Shown: positions 20,644-31,207 of the stretch, one piece after another
Numbering within the stretch: the first letter of the stretch is position 1
Layout: every line of letters starts with the position of its first letter
Origin: a virus
DNA length: 64,000 nt
Reading direction: 5' to 3' (one strand)
Virus record (IMG/VR): IMGVR_UViG_3300012953_000019
Coordinates: 52,287 to 116,286 of that record
Notes under the pieces: generated by a model
What the model was told of the DNA's origin: nothing
Database searches by the model: none
What the model saw: the letters and a program-made list of their open reading frames with translations, nothing else
Position numbers and translations under genes: made by a program

Positions 20644-21663
20644 ATGCCAACAAAATTACAATTACGAAGAGGAACTACGTCAGATCATTCTAGTTTTACT
20701 GGAGCGGTTGGAGAAGTAACTGTCGATACCACACTAGATACTCTGGTAGTCCACGATGGATCAACTGCCGGTGGATTTACTCTTGCTAAACTTTCAAATA
20801 TAAGTGTAACAGATTCGGGTGGTGATGGATCTCTTTCTTACAACAGTTCAACTGGAGTACTTACTTATACTGGACCAAGTGCATCAGAAGTTAGAGCGCA
20901 CATTACTGCTGGTGCTGGTATTTCAGTCTCAAGTGGTGTTGTTACATTAGATATACTTGACGAAGACAATATGGCAACAGACAGTGCCACAAAAGCACCG
21001 TCACAACAATCAGTAAAAGCATATGTAGCGAGTCAAATAGCCACAAAAGATAATACAGATGAGATGACTGAGGGGTCAACTAATCTTTATTTTACAAATG
21101 CAAGAGCAGATGCTAGAATTTCAAATGCTTTAATTGACGAAGATAATATGGCAAGTGACAGTGCCACTAAACTTCCAAGTCAACAATCAGTAAAAGCATA
21201 TGTTGATGCACAGACAACAGATGAAACTGCGGAAGGTTCATCTAATTTATATTACACTAATGCCCGAGTTAATTCACAAGTAGATTCATATCTCAATGCA
21301 GGAACTGGTATAACTCTTGCTGGTAGTGGCTCTATTGCTGTTAATACCACTGTTATACCAACAGTAACCGCAATGAACACTGCTATCTCAACCGCAACCG
21401 ATGCGCTAGTTGACTCAGCACCAGGTGCATTGGACACATTAAACGAATTAGCGGCTGCTTTAGGCGATGACGCAAACTTTAGCACAACAGTAACAAACAG
21501 TATAGCAACAAAAGCACCACTTGCTAGTGCGGCTCTTACGGGTACACCAACAGCACCAACAGCTAGTACGGGTACAGATACCACACAATTGGCTACTACT
21601 GCATTTGTGAAACAAGAAATTGATGCACTCAAGGCACTCTTGTATGCATATGATCAATCATAA
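20644..21663 (+). CDS. Tail fibre-like protein (Mtd N-terminal-type)
   Basis: MPTKLQLRRGTT...FTGAVGEVTVDT; two DEDNMA.DSATK.PSQQSVKAYV and two EGS.NLY.T repeats; APGALDTLNELAAALGDD fibre motif. Confidence 0.7.
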   Translation: MPTKLQLRRGTTSDHSSFTGAVGEVTVDTTLDTLVVHDGSTAGGFTLAKLSNISVTDSGGDGSLSYNSSTGVLTYTGPSASEVRAHITAGAGISVSSGVVTLDILDEDNMATDSATKAPSQQSVKAYVASQIATKDNTDEMTEGSTNLYFTNARADARISNALIDEDNMASDSATKLPSQQSVKAYVDAQTTDETAEGSSNLYYTNARVNSQVDSYLNAGTGITLAGSGSIAVNTTVIPTVTAMNTAISTATDALVDSAPGALDTLNELAAALGDDANFSTTVTNSIATKAPLASAALTGTPTAPTASTGTDTTQLATTAFVKQEIDALKALLYAYDQS

Positions 21664-21674
21664 GGCGGTTTTAA

Positions 21675-22640
21675 ATGGCATTATCAAGTAGACAAGGACT
21701 TATAGACTATTGTTTAAGACGCTTAGGTTTTCCTGTAATCGAAATTAATATTGACGATGATCAGATAGAAGACCGAGTGGATGATGCTTTACAATTATTT
21801 CAAGAATATCACTTTGATGGTGTAGAAAGAACTTATGTAAAGCATCAAGTTACAGGTTCTACATTAAATATATCTACTTCAATTGCAAGCAACTTTAGTA
21901 ATGGAGAAACTTTAACTGGTGCAACTAGTGGAGCAAAAGCAATTTTAGTTAGTGGAACTGGTACTGCTTTTACTATAGATAATATTGTAGGCACATTTAC
22001 TGCTGGAGAAGTTGTTAATGGTTCAGTAAGTGGATTATCTGCCACACTAACATCTTCTGGTCATTACACCGCAGGCGATATGGAAAATGGATATATTCCT
22101 ATAGGCAATGAGATTTTAAGCATACAAAGATTATTCCCAGTTGGACAAAATGATGCTACAACTGGCACAAATAATATGTTTGATCTTATGTATCAATTTA
22201 GATTAAATGATATGTATAGTCTGCTAAGTGCTGACCTGACGTATTACACCATGGTACAAAGTCATTTAACAACACTGGATCAAATGTTTGTCAATCAAAG
22301 ACAGATACGTTGGAACAGAAAAACTAATAGACTTTATATAGATACTGATTGGGATATAACGTTTGATGTAGGAGATTACGTTATTGCAGAAGCATATGCA
22401 ATCTTAGATCCAGAAACATATACAGAAGTATATGATGATATGTTCTTAAAGAAGTATCTCACTGCATTGTTGAAAAGACAATGGGGAGAAAACATGAAAA
22501 AATTTGGTGGAATACAATTACCGGGTGGAGTAACTTTAAACGGAGCAGAACTTTTTCAAGAGGCAGTCGCTGAAATCGCACAGATAGAAGACGAAATGCA
22601 AATGAAATATGAATTGCCACCGTCATTTATGGTGGGATAA
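21675..22640 (+). CDS. gp13: Neck protein gp13
   Basis: SRQGLIDYCLRRLGFPVIEINIDDDQIEDR; QLPGGVTLNG. Confidence 0.9.
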   Translation: MALSSRQGLIDYCLRRLGFPVIEINIDDDQIEDRVDDALQLFQEYHFDGVERTYVKHQVTGSTLNISTSIASNFSNGETLTGATSGAKAILVSGTGTAFTIDNIVGTFTAGEVVNGSVSGLSATLTSSGHYTAGDMENGYIPIGNEILSIQRLFPVGQNDATTGTNNMFDLMYQFRLNDMYSLLSADLTYYTMVQSHLTTLDQMFVNQRQIRWNRKTNRLYIDTDWDITFDVGDYVIAEAYAILDPETYTEVYDDMFLKKYLTALLKRQWGENMKKFGGIQLPGGVTLNGAELFQEAVAEIAQIEDEMQMKYELPPSFMVG

Positions 22641-22647
22641 ATAGAGC

Positions 22648-23385
22648 ATGGCTACTAACTTTTATTTCCAAAATGGCGACACTTCAGGAACAACTTCAGA
22701 ACAAAGGCTAGTAGAAAGCCTTGTTGTAGAAAGTCTGAAGATTTACGGTCATGATATTTTCTATTTACCTAGAACTTTGGTAAACAGAGATACTATCTTT
22801 GATGAAGATGCGCTATCTAAATTCACACAATCTTATCCTCTAGAGATGTATCTTGAGAATGTGGAGGGGTTTGAGGGTGAAGGAGATATATTCCAAAAGT
22901 TTGGTATTGAGATAAGAGATTCTGCGACATTTGTTTTAGCCAAAAAACGTTGGGATGATCTAGTAGACACTTCGGGTGGTACATTCCAATTAGAAGCAAG
23001 ACCAGCAGAAGGAGACTTGTTGTATTTTGCTAAGACAGGATCATTATTTGAAATTAAATTTGTAGAGTTTCAAAATCCATTCTATCAACTAGGAAAAATA
23101 TACGTATTTAGATTACAGTGTGAGTTGTTCGAATACAGTTCAGAAGCACTTGACACTGGTAATACAGAAATAGATGCAATCGAAGATGGTAATTCACTAG
23201 ACACATTCTTGTATCAATTGAAGACTGAAACAGGTGATAATCTATTAACAGAAACTAGGGATGCACTTATCAAGGAAGATTTTGCAACTAATAAAACTAA
23301 TGCAAACACAGATAATGCAGACTTCATGAACTTTAGTGATATACTTGACTTTACTGAAGTAAACCCATTTGGTGAGGTAGGCTAA
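22648..23385 (+). CDS. gp14: Neck protein gp14
   Basis: ESLKIYGHDIFYLPR; RPAEGDLLYF; FYQLGK; NPFGE. Confidence 0.9.
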   Translation: MATNFYFQNGDTSGTTSEQRLVESLVVESLKIYGHDIFYLPRTLVNRDTIFDEDALSKFTQSYPLEMYLENVEGFEGEGDIFQKFGIEIRDSATFVLAKKRWDDLVDTSGGTFQLEARPAEGDLLYFAKTGSLFEIKFVEFQNPFYQLGKIYVFRLQCELFEYSSEALDTGNTEIDAIEDGNSLDTFLYQLKTETGDNLLTETRDALIKEDFATNKTNANTDNADFMNFSDILDFTEVNPFGEVG

Positions 23386-24389
23386 TGTTTAAAGATAAAC
23401 AATTTTATCACTCTACTACAAAGAAAGCCATTATTGCATTTGGTACAATCTTTAGTAACATACAGATCGAAAGAAAAAACTCTGCTGGTGAAGTAGCACA
23501 GTCAATAAGAGTACCTCTTGCGTACTCACCAAAACAGAAATTTCTGTCTAGAATTGCGGCTATACCAGATATAGAATCTAGAGGCGAAGTTGCAATAACA
23601 TTACCTAGAATTGGGTTTGAAATTACTGGTATCGCATACGATCCTAATAGAAAAATTTCTCCAATCAATAAGAATGTTGCATTACATACAGACAGCACTC
23701 TTACTGCTAGAACTAGTTTTGTATCAACACCATATGATTTAAATATAACTCTGTACTCTTTTGCAAAGAATCAAGAAGATGCTTTACAAATTGCAGAACA
23801 GATAATGCCACATTTTAATCCAGATTTTAATGTAACTGTAAATGATTTACCTGAAATGGGTATTAAAAGAGATATTAAAATTATATTGGACAGCATTACA
23901 TACGAAGATCAATACGAAGGTTCGTATTCCGGTGATAGACAAAGTATTATATGGTCTTTTAATTTTACTATGAAATTAAATTATTATGGCTATGTAGGCA
24001 CACAAGGAATGATTCGTAAAGTTATTGCATCTACTTGGCAAAATCCCGAACTATTGGGCGAATATGTAAAGCAAACTTATTCTGTAGAAAATGTAAAAGC
24101 AACAGCAACTGCCACAATTTCTGGTGATGCAGTCAATGCTGTTAATATAGTGTATAGTGGTGATCAATACACTTACGCACCAAATGTTACGTTCTCAGCT
24201 GGTAATGCTAGAGCGACAGCCGTATTAGGAACAGATGGCAAAATAAAATCTATAACAGTAACCGATGGTGGTTCTGGTTATAGTACTGCTCCCACAGTAG
24301 ATATTGAAGCACCAGAAGGATATCAAGAGTTCCCTGGACCAGCAGATGCATATAGATTTGTGGAAGAGTTTGAACAGGAATTTAAATAA
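23385..24389 (+). CDS. gp15: Tail sheath stabilizer/terminator gp15 with C-terminal GSGY module
   Basis: FYH...KKAIIAFGTIFSNI; VPLAYSPKQKF; ALQIAEQIMPHF. Confidence 0.9.
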   Translation: MFKDKQFYHSTTKKAIIAFGTIFSNIQIERKNSAGEVAQSIRVPLAYSPKQKFLSRIAAIPDIESRGEVAITLPRIGFEITGIAYDPNRKISPINKNVALHTDSTLTARTSFVSTPYDLNITLYSFAKNQEDALQIAEQIMPHFNPDFNVTVNDLPEMGIKRDIKIILDSITYEDQYEGSYSGDRQSIIWSFNFTMKLNYYGYVGTQGMIRKVIASTWQNPELLGEYVKQTYSVENVKATATATISGDAVNAVNIVYSGDQYTYAPNVTFSAGNARATAVLGTDGKIKSITVTDGGSGYSTAPTVDIEAPEGYQEFPGPADAYRFVEEFEQEFK

Positions 24390-24820
24390 TGACAAATAAA
24401 GTATTCGATGCTCTGGATAAAACTTTTCAAGTTAGTCAGACTAAAACAGATGAACCAAAAACTCCTGCTATTGTTATAGACTCAGAAGATAGTGTTGAGG
24501 GTGACTTTGAAGAAGCTAGGCAAGCACTTAAAAGATCAATGTCTTACAACGAAGAAGCTATACAAGGCATTTTAGGTATAGCACAGAACAGTGACAATCC
24601 TAGAGCATTTGAAGTTGCGGGTCAACTTATCAAATCTATGGCTGAAGGTGCTAAAGATATTATGGAAGTACAAGAAAAGAAACAAAAGATTGACAAAGTA
24701 AATGGCAATATAGATCCAAGCAATGTCACTAATAATAATCTTTTTGTTGGTAGTACTTCTGATCTTCTTAAAATGATTAATAAACAGCAAGAGAAAACGG
24801 TAGAGAATGACACAGATTGA
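24389..24820 (+). CDS. gp16: Terminase small subunit gp16
   Basis: DFEEAR...PRAFEVAGQLIK...TNNNLFVGSTSDL. Confidence 0.9.
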   Translation: MTNKVFDALDKTFQVSQTKTDEPKTPAIVIDSEDSVEGDFEEARQALKRSMSYNEEAIQGILGIAQNSDNPRAFEVAGQLIKSMAEGAKDIMEVQEKKQKIDKVNGNIDPSNVTNNNLFVGSTSDLLKMINKQQEKTVENDTD

Positions 24821-26441
24821 AACCTCATATCACGGTAATCCAAATCTAAAACCGGTAGGGTATCAACACGATTTTACTCAAGAACAAATTGAAGAGTATT
24901 TGAAATGTAAAGATGATGTGATCTATTTCATCGAAACTTACTGTCAAATAGTAACTTTGGACCAAGGCTTACAGCCATTTAAACTTTACGATTGTCAAAA
25001 AAGAAAAGTAGAGTTTATCATGAAAGAGCGCAAAGCGATTCTCATGGAAGGCAGACAGCAAGGTAAAACAATTACAGCCGCAGCCTGTATATTACACTAT
25101 AGTATATTTAACGATAGTAAAACTATTGCTATTATGGCAAACAAGACTGCCGCTGCCCGAGAAGTTCTATCTCGTTATCAGATTATGTATGAACATCTAC
25201 CTATATGGATGCAACAGGGTGTTAAGACTTGGAATAAAGGTAACGTAGACCTAGAAAATGGATCAGTAATATTTACTGCGGCAACAACAGCCTCTGGTAT
25301 TCGTGGTAAATCTGTAAACTGGTTGTACATTGATGAGGCTGCCATCATACCAAACAACGTAGCAGATGAATTTTTTACTTCAGTATATCCTACAATTTCT
25401 GCTGGTGACACTACAAAAATTCTACTTACTTCTACGCCACTTGGATATAACCATTTTTGGAAATTCTGGAATGAATCTAAAAAAGGATTAAATGGATTTG
25501 AGAATATGTTTATACCATATTCAGAAATTCCAGGAAGAGATGAGCAGTGGGCAGAAGAGCAATTCAAACTTTTAGGAGAATTAAAGTTTAACCAAGAAGT
25601 TCTTTGTGACTTTCTTGGTTCATCTAACACATTAATAAGTGGTAAAGCATTGGGAATGATGTCTTCATATGACCCAATATACACAAAAGATGGATTAGAT
25701 ATATATGAAGAACCAAAAGAAAATAAATACTATGTTGTGGTAGTAGACACCTCTAGAGGTATTGGTGGAGACTATTCGGCATTTACATTATTAGATATAA
25801 CTGAGATGCCTTTTAAGGTAGTGGGTAAGTATAGAAACAATAAAATTTCACCACTACTTTATCCAAATATTATTGGTAAAGTTGCATCTGATTACAACAA
25901 TGCATATGTTTTGATAGAAACAAATGATATTGGACAACAAGTATCAGATATACTTCATCAAGAATTAGAATATGAAAATATATTTAGTACAGTTTCGGAG
26001 AATAACAAACAATATGTTTCTCCTGGATTTGGTAAGAAGAGTACTTTAGGTGTAAGAACATCAAAAGCAGTAAAACGACAAGGATGTTTTGCTCTAAAAG
26101 CACTTATTGAAGAACAAAAGTTACTACTTTTCGATGCCGACTGTATTAGTGAGATGTCTACCTTTGTAGAAAAAAGTGGTACCTTTGTAGCAGATGAAGG
26201 TTATCACGATGATTTAGCCATGACCTTAGTGTTATTTGCGTGGCTTAGTACGAATACATTTTTTAAAGACTTAACTAATGTTGATATTAGAGAAAATCTT
26301 TATAACTCTGAGATGAGAACAATAGAAAAAGATTTGACTCCATTCGGTATTATAGATGATGGTCAGAAAGAAGAAGTGTTTGTAGCAAGTGGTGATGTGT
26401 GGATGTGGGCAGACGAGAAAGAGAAATATGGATTATTATAA
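24807..26441 (+). CDS. gp17: Terminase large subunit gp17
   Basis: YHGNPNLK, RQQGKT (Walker A), YIDEAA (Walker B), STPLG, HDDLAM. Confidence 0.95.
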   Translation: MTQIETSYHGNPNLKPVGYQHDFTQEQIEEYLKCKDDVIYFIETYCQIVTLDQGLQPFKLYDCQKRKVEFIMKERKAILMEGRQQGKTITAAACILHYSIFNDSKTIAIMANKTAAAREVLSRYQIMYEHLPIWMQQGVKTWNKGNVDLENGSVIFTAATTASGIRGKSVNWLYIDEAAIIPNNVADEFFTSVYPTISAGDTTKILLTSTPLGYNHFWKFWNESKKGLNGFENMFIPYSEIPGRDEQWAEEQFKLLGELKFNQEVLCDFLGSSNTLISGKALGMMSSYDPIYTKDGLDIYEEPKENKYYVVVVDTSRGIGGDYSAFTLLDITEMPFKVVGKYRNNKISPLLYPNIIGKVASDYNNAYVLIETNDIGQQVSDILHQELEYENIFSTVSENNKQYVSPGFGKKSTLGVRTSKAVKRQGCFALKALIEEQKLLLFDADCISEMSTFVEKSGTFVADEGYHDDLAMTLVLFAWLSTNTFFKDLTNVDIRENLYNSEMRTIEKDLTPFGIIDDGQKEEVFVASGDVWMWADEKEKYGLL

Positions 26442-26444
26442 ATA
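26437..26444 (+). promoter_or_regulatory. T4-type late promoter for gp18
   Basis: Exact TATAAATA overlapping gp17 stop. Confidence 0.8.
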
Positions 26445-26494
26445 ATTCAAGGAACATTACACGATAACCGTAATTTAACATCGAGGAGAATAAC

Positions 26495-28405
26495 ATGGCT
26501 TTTCAGCTATCACCAGGAGTTCAGGTCAGAGAACAAGACTTGACTAATGTTGTTCCCGCAGTTGCAACCACAATTGGTGCGATTGTTGGAGACTTTAGTT
26601 GGGGTCCTGCCCATCAGATACAAAACGTAGACTCTGAAAATAATTTAGTAAGTTTGTTCGGTAAACCGACAACAAGTAATTTCTTAGATTTCATGACTGC
26701 CTCTTCATTTTTGGCATATGGATCTAATTGTTTAACAGTAAGAGAAGTTGGAACAGCCGCAAGAAATGCGACTGCCGATGGAACAGGTATCTTAATTAAA
26801 AATAGAGATATTTATGAAGCATCATATGGAAATAATGAAGGTAGTGTAGGAGTTTGGGCTGCCAAATATCCTGGTACACTAGGCAACTCACTTAAAGTCT
26901 CAATGGCAGACTTAACATCTTTTTCATCAACTTCAGTTGCAAGCATTGCAGTTACCGCTGGTGGATCAGGATATACTTCAGTACCAACTGTTACTATTGC
27001 AAACCCAGACACCGGCACTACGATTGCAACAGCAACCGCAACAATTTCCGGTGATGCAGTCAATGCAATTGTAGTTGTTTTTGGTGGAGTAGGATATACT
27101 TCAGCACCAACTGTTACAATTTCTGGCGGTGGTGGTTCTGGTGCAACAGCAACAGCAACCCTATCTACTGCTTGGACTTATGCTGGTCAGTTTGATAGTA
27201 CACCAATTACTACTTCATGGGGAACCTCAACAGGAACTTCTGTAGACGAACTTCATATCATCGTAATCGATGAAGATGGTGCTATTACTGGTATTGCAGG
27301 AACTGTTCTTGAAAAATTCCCAGGAGTATCTAAAGCATCTGACGCTAAAGATGACGTTAACCAGTCTAACTATTGGAAAAATGTTATTAACCAGAGATCA
27401 AAGTATGTTTGGGTAATGGATAATCCAACTGGTGGTACAGATTGGGGTACAGTTGGTGCCGGCAATGCTGGTTACGATACATTAACTGCGGCAGATGAGA
27501 GTTCACTTTCTGGTGCAGTAGATGCCGCACCCGCTAGTGCTGACTTACAAGCTGGTTATCTAATGTTTGATAACGATGAGTTGCTTGATGTTTCATTAAT
27601 CATGACTTCAGGACACCCACTTACGGTATCAGATTATGTAATCGATAACGTTGCAGAAATCAGAAAAGACTGTATGGTATTTGTATCTCCAGAAAGAGAT
27701 TCAGTTGTAAATAATGCTGGATCAGAAGTAACCGCAATTGTTACTGATAGAGGTTCTTTAACTAGAAGTTCTTTTGCAGTGATGGATAGTGGTTGGAAAT
27801 ATATGTACGACAAGTACAATGATCAGTATGTCTATGTGCCATTAAATGGTGACGTAGCTGGTGCTTGTGTTGTCGCAGATAATCAAAACGATCCTTGGTT
27901 CTCACCTGCTGGTTATAATCGCGGTGTAATCAAGAATGCTGTTAAACTCGCATTCTCTCCTAAAAAGTCTGAAAGAGATGAATTGTATCGTCAAGGTATC
28001 AACCCAATTGTTGGATTCCCTGGTAACGGCATCGTTCTCTTCGGAGATAAAACTTTGTTAGACAAGCCTTCTGCATTTAATAGGATTAATGTACGTAGAT
28101 TGTTTATTGTCCTTGAAAAGGCAGTAGCAACAGCCGCTAAGTTTCAACTCTTTGACTTCAATGACGCTTTCACAAGAGCGCAATTTAGGTCATTAGTAGA
28201 ACCGTTCTTGCGTGATGTACAAGGCAGAAGAGGTATCTATGACTTCAGAGTAGTTTGTGACGAAACAAACAATACTGCTGAGACAATAGATGCAAATGAA
28301 TTCAGAGCAGATATCTTTGTCAAGCCCGCAAAGTCTATCAACTTTATTACGTTGACCTTTGTTGCTACTCGTACAGGTATCTCTTTTGAAGAACTTGGTG
28401 CCTAA
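26495..28405 (+). CDS. gp18: Tail sheath protein gp18
   Basis: [17 protein letters not shown]; [10 protein letters not shown]; RINVRRLF; [11 protein letters not shown]. Confidence 0.95.
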   Translation: MAFQLSPGVQVREQDLTNVVPAVATTIGAIVGDFSWGPAHQIQNVDSENNLVSLFGKPTTSNFLDFMTASSFLAYGSNCLTVREVGTAARNATADGTGILIKNRDIYEASYGNNEGSVGVWAAKYPGTLGNSLKVSMADLTSFSSTSVASIAVTAGGSGYTSVPTVTIANPDTGTTIATATATISGDAVNAIVVVFGGVGYTSAPTVTISGGGGSGATATATLSTAWTYAGQFDSTPITTSWGTSTGTSVDELHIIVIDEDGAITGIAGTVLEKFPGVSKASDAKDDVNQSNYWKNVINQRSKYVWVMDNPTGGTDWGTVGAGNAGYDTLTAADESSLSGAVDAAPASADLQAGYLMFDNDELLDVSLIMTSGHPLTVSDYVIDNVAEIRKDCMVFVSPERDSVVNNAGSEVTAIVTDRGSLTRSSFAVMDSGWKYMYDKYNDQYVYVPLNGDVAGACVVADNQNDPWFSPAGYNRGVIKNAVKLAFSPKKSERDELYRQGINPIVGFPGNGIVLFGDKTLLDKPSAFNRINVRRLFIVLEKAVATAAKFQLFDFNDAFTRAQFRSLVEPFLRDVQGRRGIYDFRVVCDETNNTAETIDANEFRADIFVKPAKSINFITLTFVATRTGISFEELGA

Positions 28406-28410
28406 CCCAT

Positions 28411-28418
28411 TATAAATA
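28411..28418 (+). promoter_or_regulatory. T4-type late promoter for gp19
   Basis: Exact TATAAATA. Confidence 0.8.
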
Positions 28419-28445
28419 ATCATATTCAACTAGGAGATAAATTAA

Positions 28446-28961
28446 ATGAATATTGAAGAATTTAAAGCGAGGCTAGGCGCTGGTGGAGCTAGACCAAACC
28501 AGTTTCGGGTTTCTCTTGCTTTTCCAAGCTATGTACCAGGAGTTGATCCATCATATAGCTTACTGGTAACAGGCGCCGCATTGCCCGCATCAAACGTAAA
28601 CCCCGCGATCATTCAGTACAGAGGTCGTGAAATTAAAATGGCTGGTGAAAGAATCTTTGATCCATGGACAATTACAGTTGTTAATGATTCAAACTTCTCT
28701 CTACGTAAACCATTTGAAATATGGATGAACGGTCTTAATGATCGTGAAACAAACGAAGGTGTACTTACTCCAAGAGACTATCAGTCCGACTTGGTTGTTG
28801 AACATCTTGACAGAAATGACGAAGTATTAACTGGTGGTACTTATACGCTACGAAATGCTTTCCCAATACAGATGTCAGAAATTGCATTACAATATGCACA
28901 GAATGATATTTTTGAAGAATTTACAGTGACGTTCCAATATATGCATTATGATGTAAGCTAA
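28446..28961 (+). CDS. gp19: Tail tube protein gp19
   Basis: GGARPNQF; YRGREIKMAGERIFDPWTITVVND; FTVTFQY. Confidence 0.95.
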   Translation: MNIEEFKARLGAGGARPNQFRVSLAFPSYVPGVDPSYSLLVTGAALPASNVNPAIIQYRGREIKMAGERIFDPWTITVVNDSNFSLRKPFEIWMNGLNDRETNEGVLTPRDYQSDLVVEHLDRNDEVLTGGTYTLRNAFPIQMSEIALQYAQNDIFEEFTVTFQYMHYDVS

Positions 28962-28983
28962 TTGGACATAGGATTATTATAAC

Positions 28984-30564
28984 ATGGAATTATTTGGATT
29001 TGAGATTAACAGGAAAAAGGCGCCTAAGACAGAGAAATCTTTCGTAGCGCCAGATTCTGATGGAGCCCTGGAAAGTATTCAGGCAGGTGGTTATTTTGGT
29101 ACATACTTTGATGTAGAAGGTGTAGCAAACAATGAAGCGGAACTTATTAAAAGATACCGCGATATATCAATGATGGCAGATGTTGATTCTGCTATTGAAG
29201 ATATTATTAATGATAGTATTTCTAATATGGATGACGAAAAGCCCTTGACATTAAATGTCGATTCGCTTAAACAGTCTGCCGCAGTGAAGAAAGCTATCCA
29301 AGCTGAGTTTGATAACATCGTTTCATTGATGGACTTCAACGACAAGGCACAAGATTATTTTAGACGTTGGTATGTTGACGGAAGAATTTACTTTCATAAA
29401 GTAATTGATACTGCAAAAGCAAAAGAAGGTATCAAAGATGTAAGATACATTGATCCCAGAAAGATCAAGAAAGTAAGGAAAGTAAAGAAAGAAAAAGATG
29501 CAAATGGTGTTGCAGTTATTACGGACATCGATGAACATTTTATATTTGATGATAAAGGACTAGCCACTAAGTCTGGACAGTATAAAGCAGGCAATGCTCA
29601 AGACAAAGCAGTAAAGATTGCCAAAGATGCTATTACATATTGTACTTCGGGTTTGATGGATCAGGATAAACAAATCCCAATATCGTATATGCACAAAGCA
29701 ATACGACCAGCAAACCAACTTAGAATGATGGAAAACGCTGTAGTAATTTATCGTATTACTAGAGCGCCAGAAAGGCGAATCTTTTATATAGATGTTGGTA
29801 ATTTACCTACTGGTAAAGCAGAACAATATCTAAAAGACATTATGGAAAGATATCGTAATAAACTAGTATACGATGCTGGCACAGGTGAGATCAGAGATGA
29901 TAAAAAATTTATGTCAATGCTTGAAGATTTCTGGCTACCAAGAAAAGAAGGTGGCAGAGGGACAGAGATTCAAACATTGCCTGGTGGTGCAAATTTAGGA
30001 CAAATTGAAGATGTTGAGTATTTTCAACGTAAACTATATCAAGCACTAAATGTACCACTATCTAGATTAGAACAACAAGCTGGACTAAATTTTGGTAGAT
30101 CAGCAGAGATTACAAGAGATGAACTTAAATTTACTAAGTTTATTTCTAAGTTAAGAAGAAGATTCTCAGGAATTTTCCATGACTTATTGAAGACACAACT
30201 TGTTCTTAAAGGTATTATAAATGAACAAGATTGGTTAGAGATTAAAGAAGACTTGCACTATGAATTTGCAAGTGATGTCTACTACACAGAATCTAAAGAA
30301 CAAGAGATTCTCCGTAGTAGAATTGAAGTTCTTAACGGTGTTGCACCATTTATGGGACAACTATACAGTAAGAGATATGTGCAGAAAAATATTCTGCGTC
30401 TTACTGACGAAGAAATTTCTGAGATTGACGCAGAAATTCAAGGTGCTGATAAAGATGATCACCTTGTTGGTGACGCCGCAGAGGCAGAAAGAGATCGACA
30501 ACATCAAATTGCAATGTCGCAAGGTAACGATGATGCCGATGAAGAACAAACAGATGGAGAATAA
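28984..30564 (+). CDS. gp20: Portal protein gp20
   Basis: FRRWYVDGRIY; YRITRAPERRIFYIDVGNLP; EDFWLPRKEGGRGTEI. Confidence 0.95.
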   Translation: MELFGFEINRKKAPKTEKSFVAPDSDGALESIQAGGYFGTYFDVEGVANNEAELIKRYRDISMMADVDSAIEDIINDSISNMDDEKPLTLNVDSLKQSAAVKKAIQAEFDNIVSLMDFNDKAQDYFRRWYVDGRIYFHKVIDTAKAKEGIKDVRYIDPRKIKKVRKVKKEKDANGVAVITDIDEHFIFDDKGLATKSGQYKAGNAQDKAVKIAKDAITYCTSGLMDQDKQIPISYMHKAIRPANQLRMMENAVVIYRITRAPERRIFYIDVGNLPTGKAEQYLKDIMERYRNKLVYDAGTGEIRDDKKFMSMLEDFWLPRKEGGRGTEIQTLPGGANLGQIEDVEYFQRKLYQALNVPLSRLEQQAGLNFGRSAEITRDELKFTKFISKLRRRFSGIFHDLLKTQLVLKGIINEQDWLEIKEDLHYEFASDVYYTESKEQEILRSRIEVLNGVAPFMGQLYSKRYVQKNILRLTDEEISEIDAEIQGADKDDHLVGDAAEAERDRQHQIAMSQGNDDADEEQTDGE

Positions 30565-30566
30565 TT

Positions 30567-30860
30567 ATGTCAGATATTGAACTTGAAGTGAATGATCAAA
30601 CAGATGCACAAGATATTGTTCGTGCAATGATGGACAAGATGGCATCTGGCGACACAACAGGTGCCGCAGATGATTTTAATGTTGCAATGGGACAGCGAGT
30701 GGGTAATGTACTCGCAGATCGAAAAGCTGAAATTGCAAATGGTGTATTCAATAATAGTGAAATGCAAAAAATGGGACTTGAAGCAGAGCCTGAAGTAGAA
30801 GTAGAAGAGCCAGCAGAAGAGTCCGAAGAAGAAAACGGAGAAACAAATGAAGACGTTTAG
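30567..30860 (+). CDS. Prohead core protein, gp67-like
   Basis: Small acidic ORF immediately after gp20 (T4 gp67 position). Confidence 0.55.
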   Translation: MSDIELEVNDQTDAQDIVRAMMDKMASGDTTGAADDFNVAMGQRVGNVLADRKAEIANGVFNNSEMQKMGLEAEPEVEVEEPAEESEEENGETNEDV

Positions 30861-31197
30861 GCAATTTAAAGAAGAAGCACTGGCAGTAAAGAAGCCCAGT
30901 AAAGAAAAGCCTACTGCAAACCATCCAGCAGAAGATGGCGTAGAAGGTGATAAGTTACCTCCTAAACAGGGTTCTTCAGAAGATCCTAAAGTTACACATA
31001 ATTGCGCGATGAAAGTATTGCACAAAGAACATGGTGAAGGGCGCCCACTTCACTCAGAACACGCTATTCCAGATGCTGACGGCAACGTTGCTTGGTACAA
31101 AGTGATGTTTGAACACGGAATTGAAACTTGTGATACCATAGACCTTGATGTTTTATTAACAGAGGCGCATTCCAATCACAAGAAAAAAGGTTATTAG
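30847..31197 (+). CDS. Putative internal head protein with capsid-targeting-like N-terminus
   Basis: MKTFRQFKEE resembles the T4 internal-protein CTS MKTYQEFIAE; head module location. Confidence 0.5.
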   Translation: MKTFRQFKEEALAVKKPSKEKPTANHPAEDGVEGDKLPPKQGSSEDPKVTHNCAMKVLHKEHGEGRPLHSEHAIPDADGNVAWYKVMFEHGIETCDTIDLDVLLTEAHSNHKKKGY

Positions 31198-31207
31198 GAG
31201 AAAGTAA

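Noticed and set aside
18745-21663. Possible diversity-generating retroelement (Mtd-like N-termini, repeated segments)
   Set aside because: No reverse transcriptase in the window; repeat copies are in-frame and differ at varied bases, not adenine-specific TR/VR
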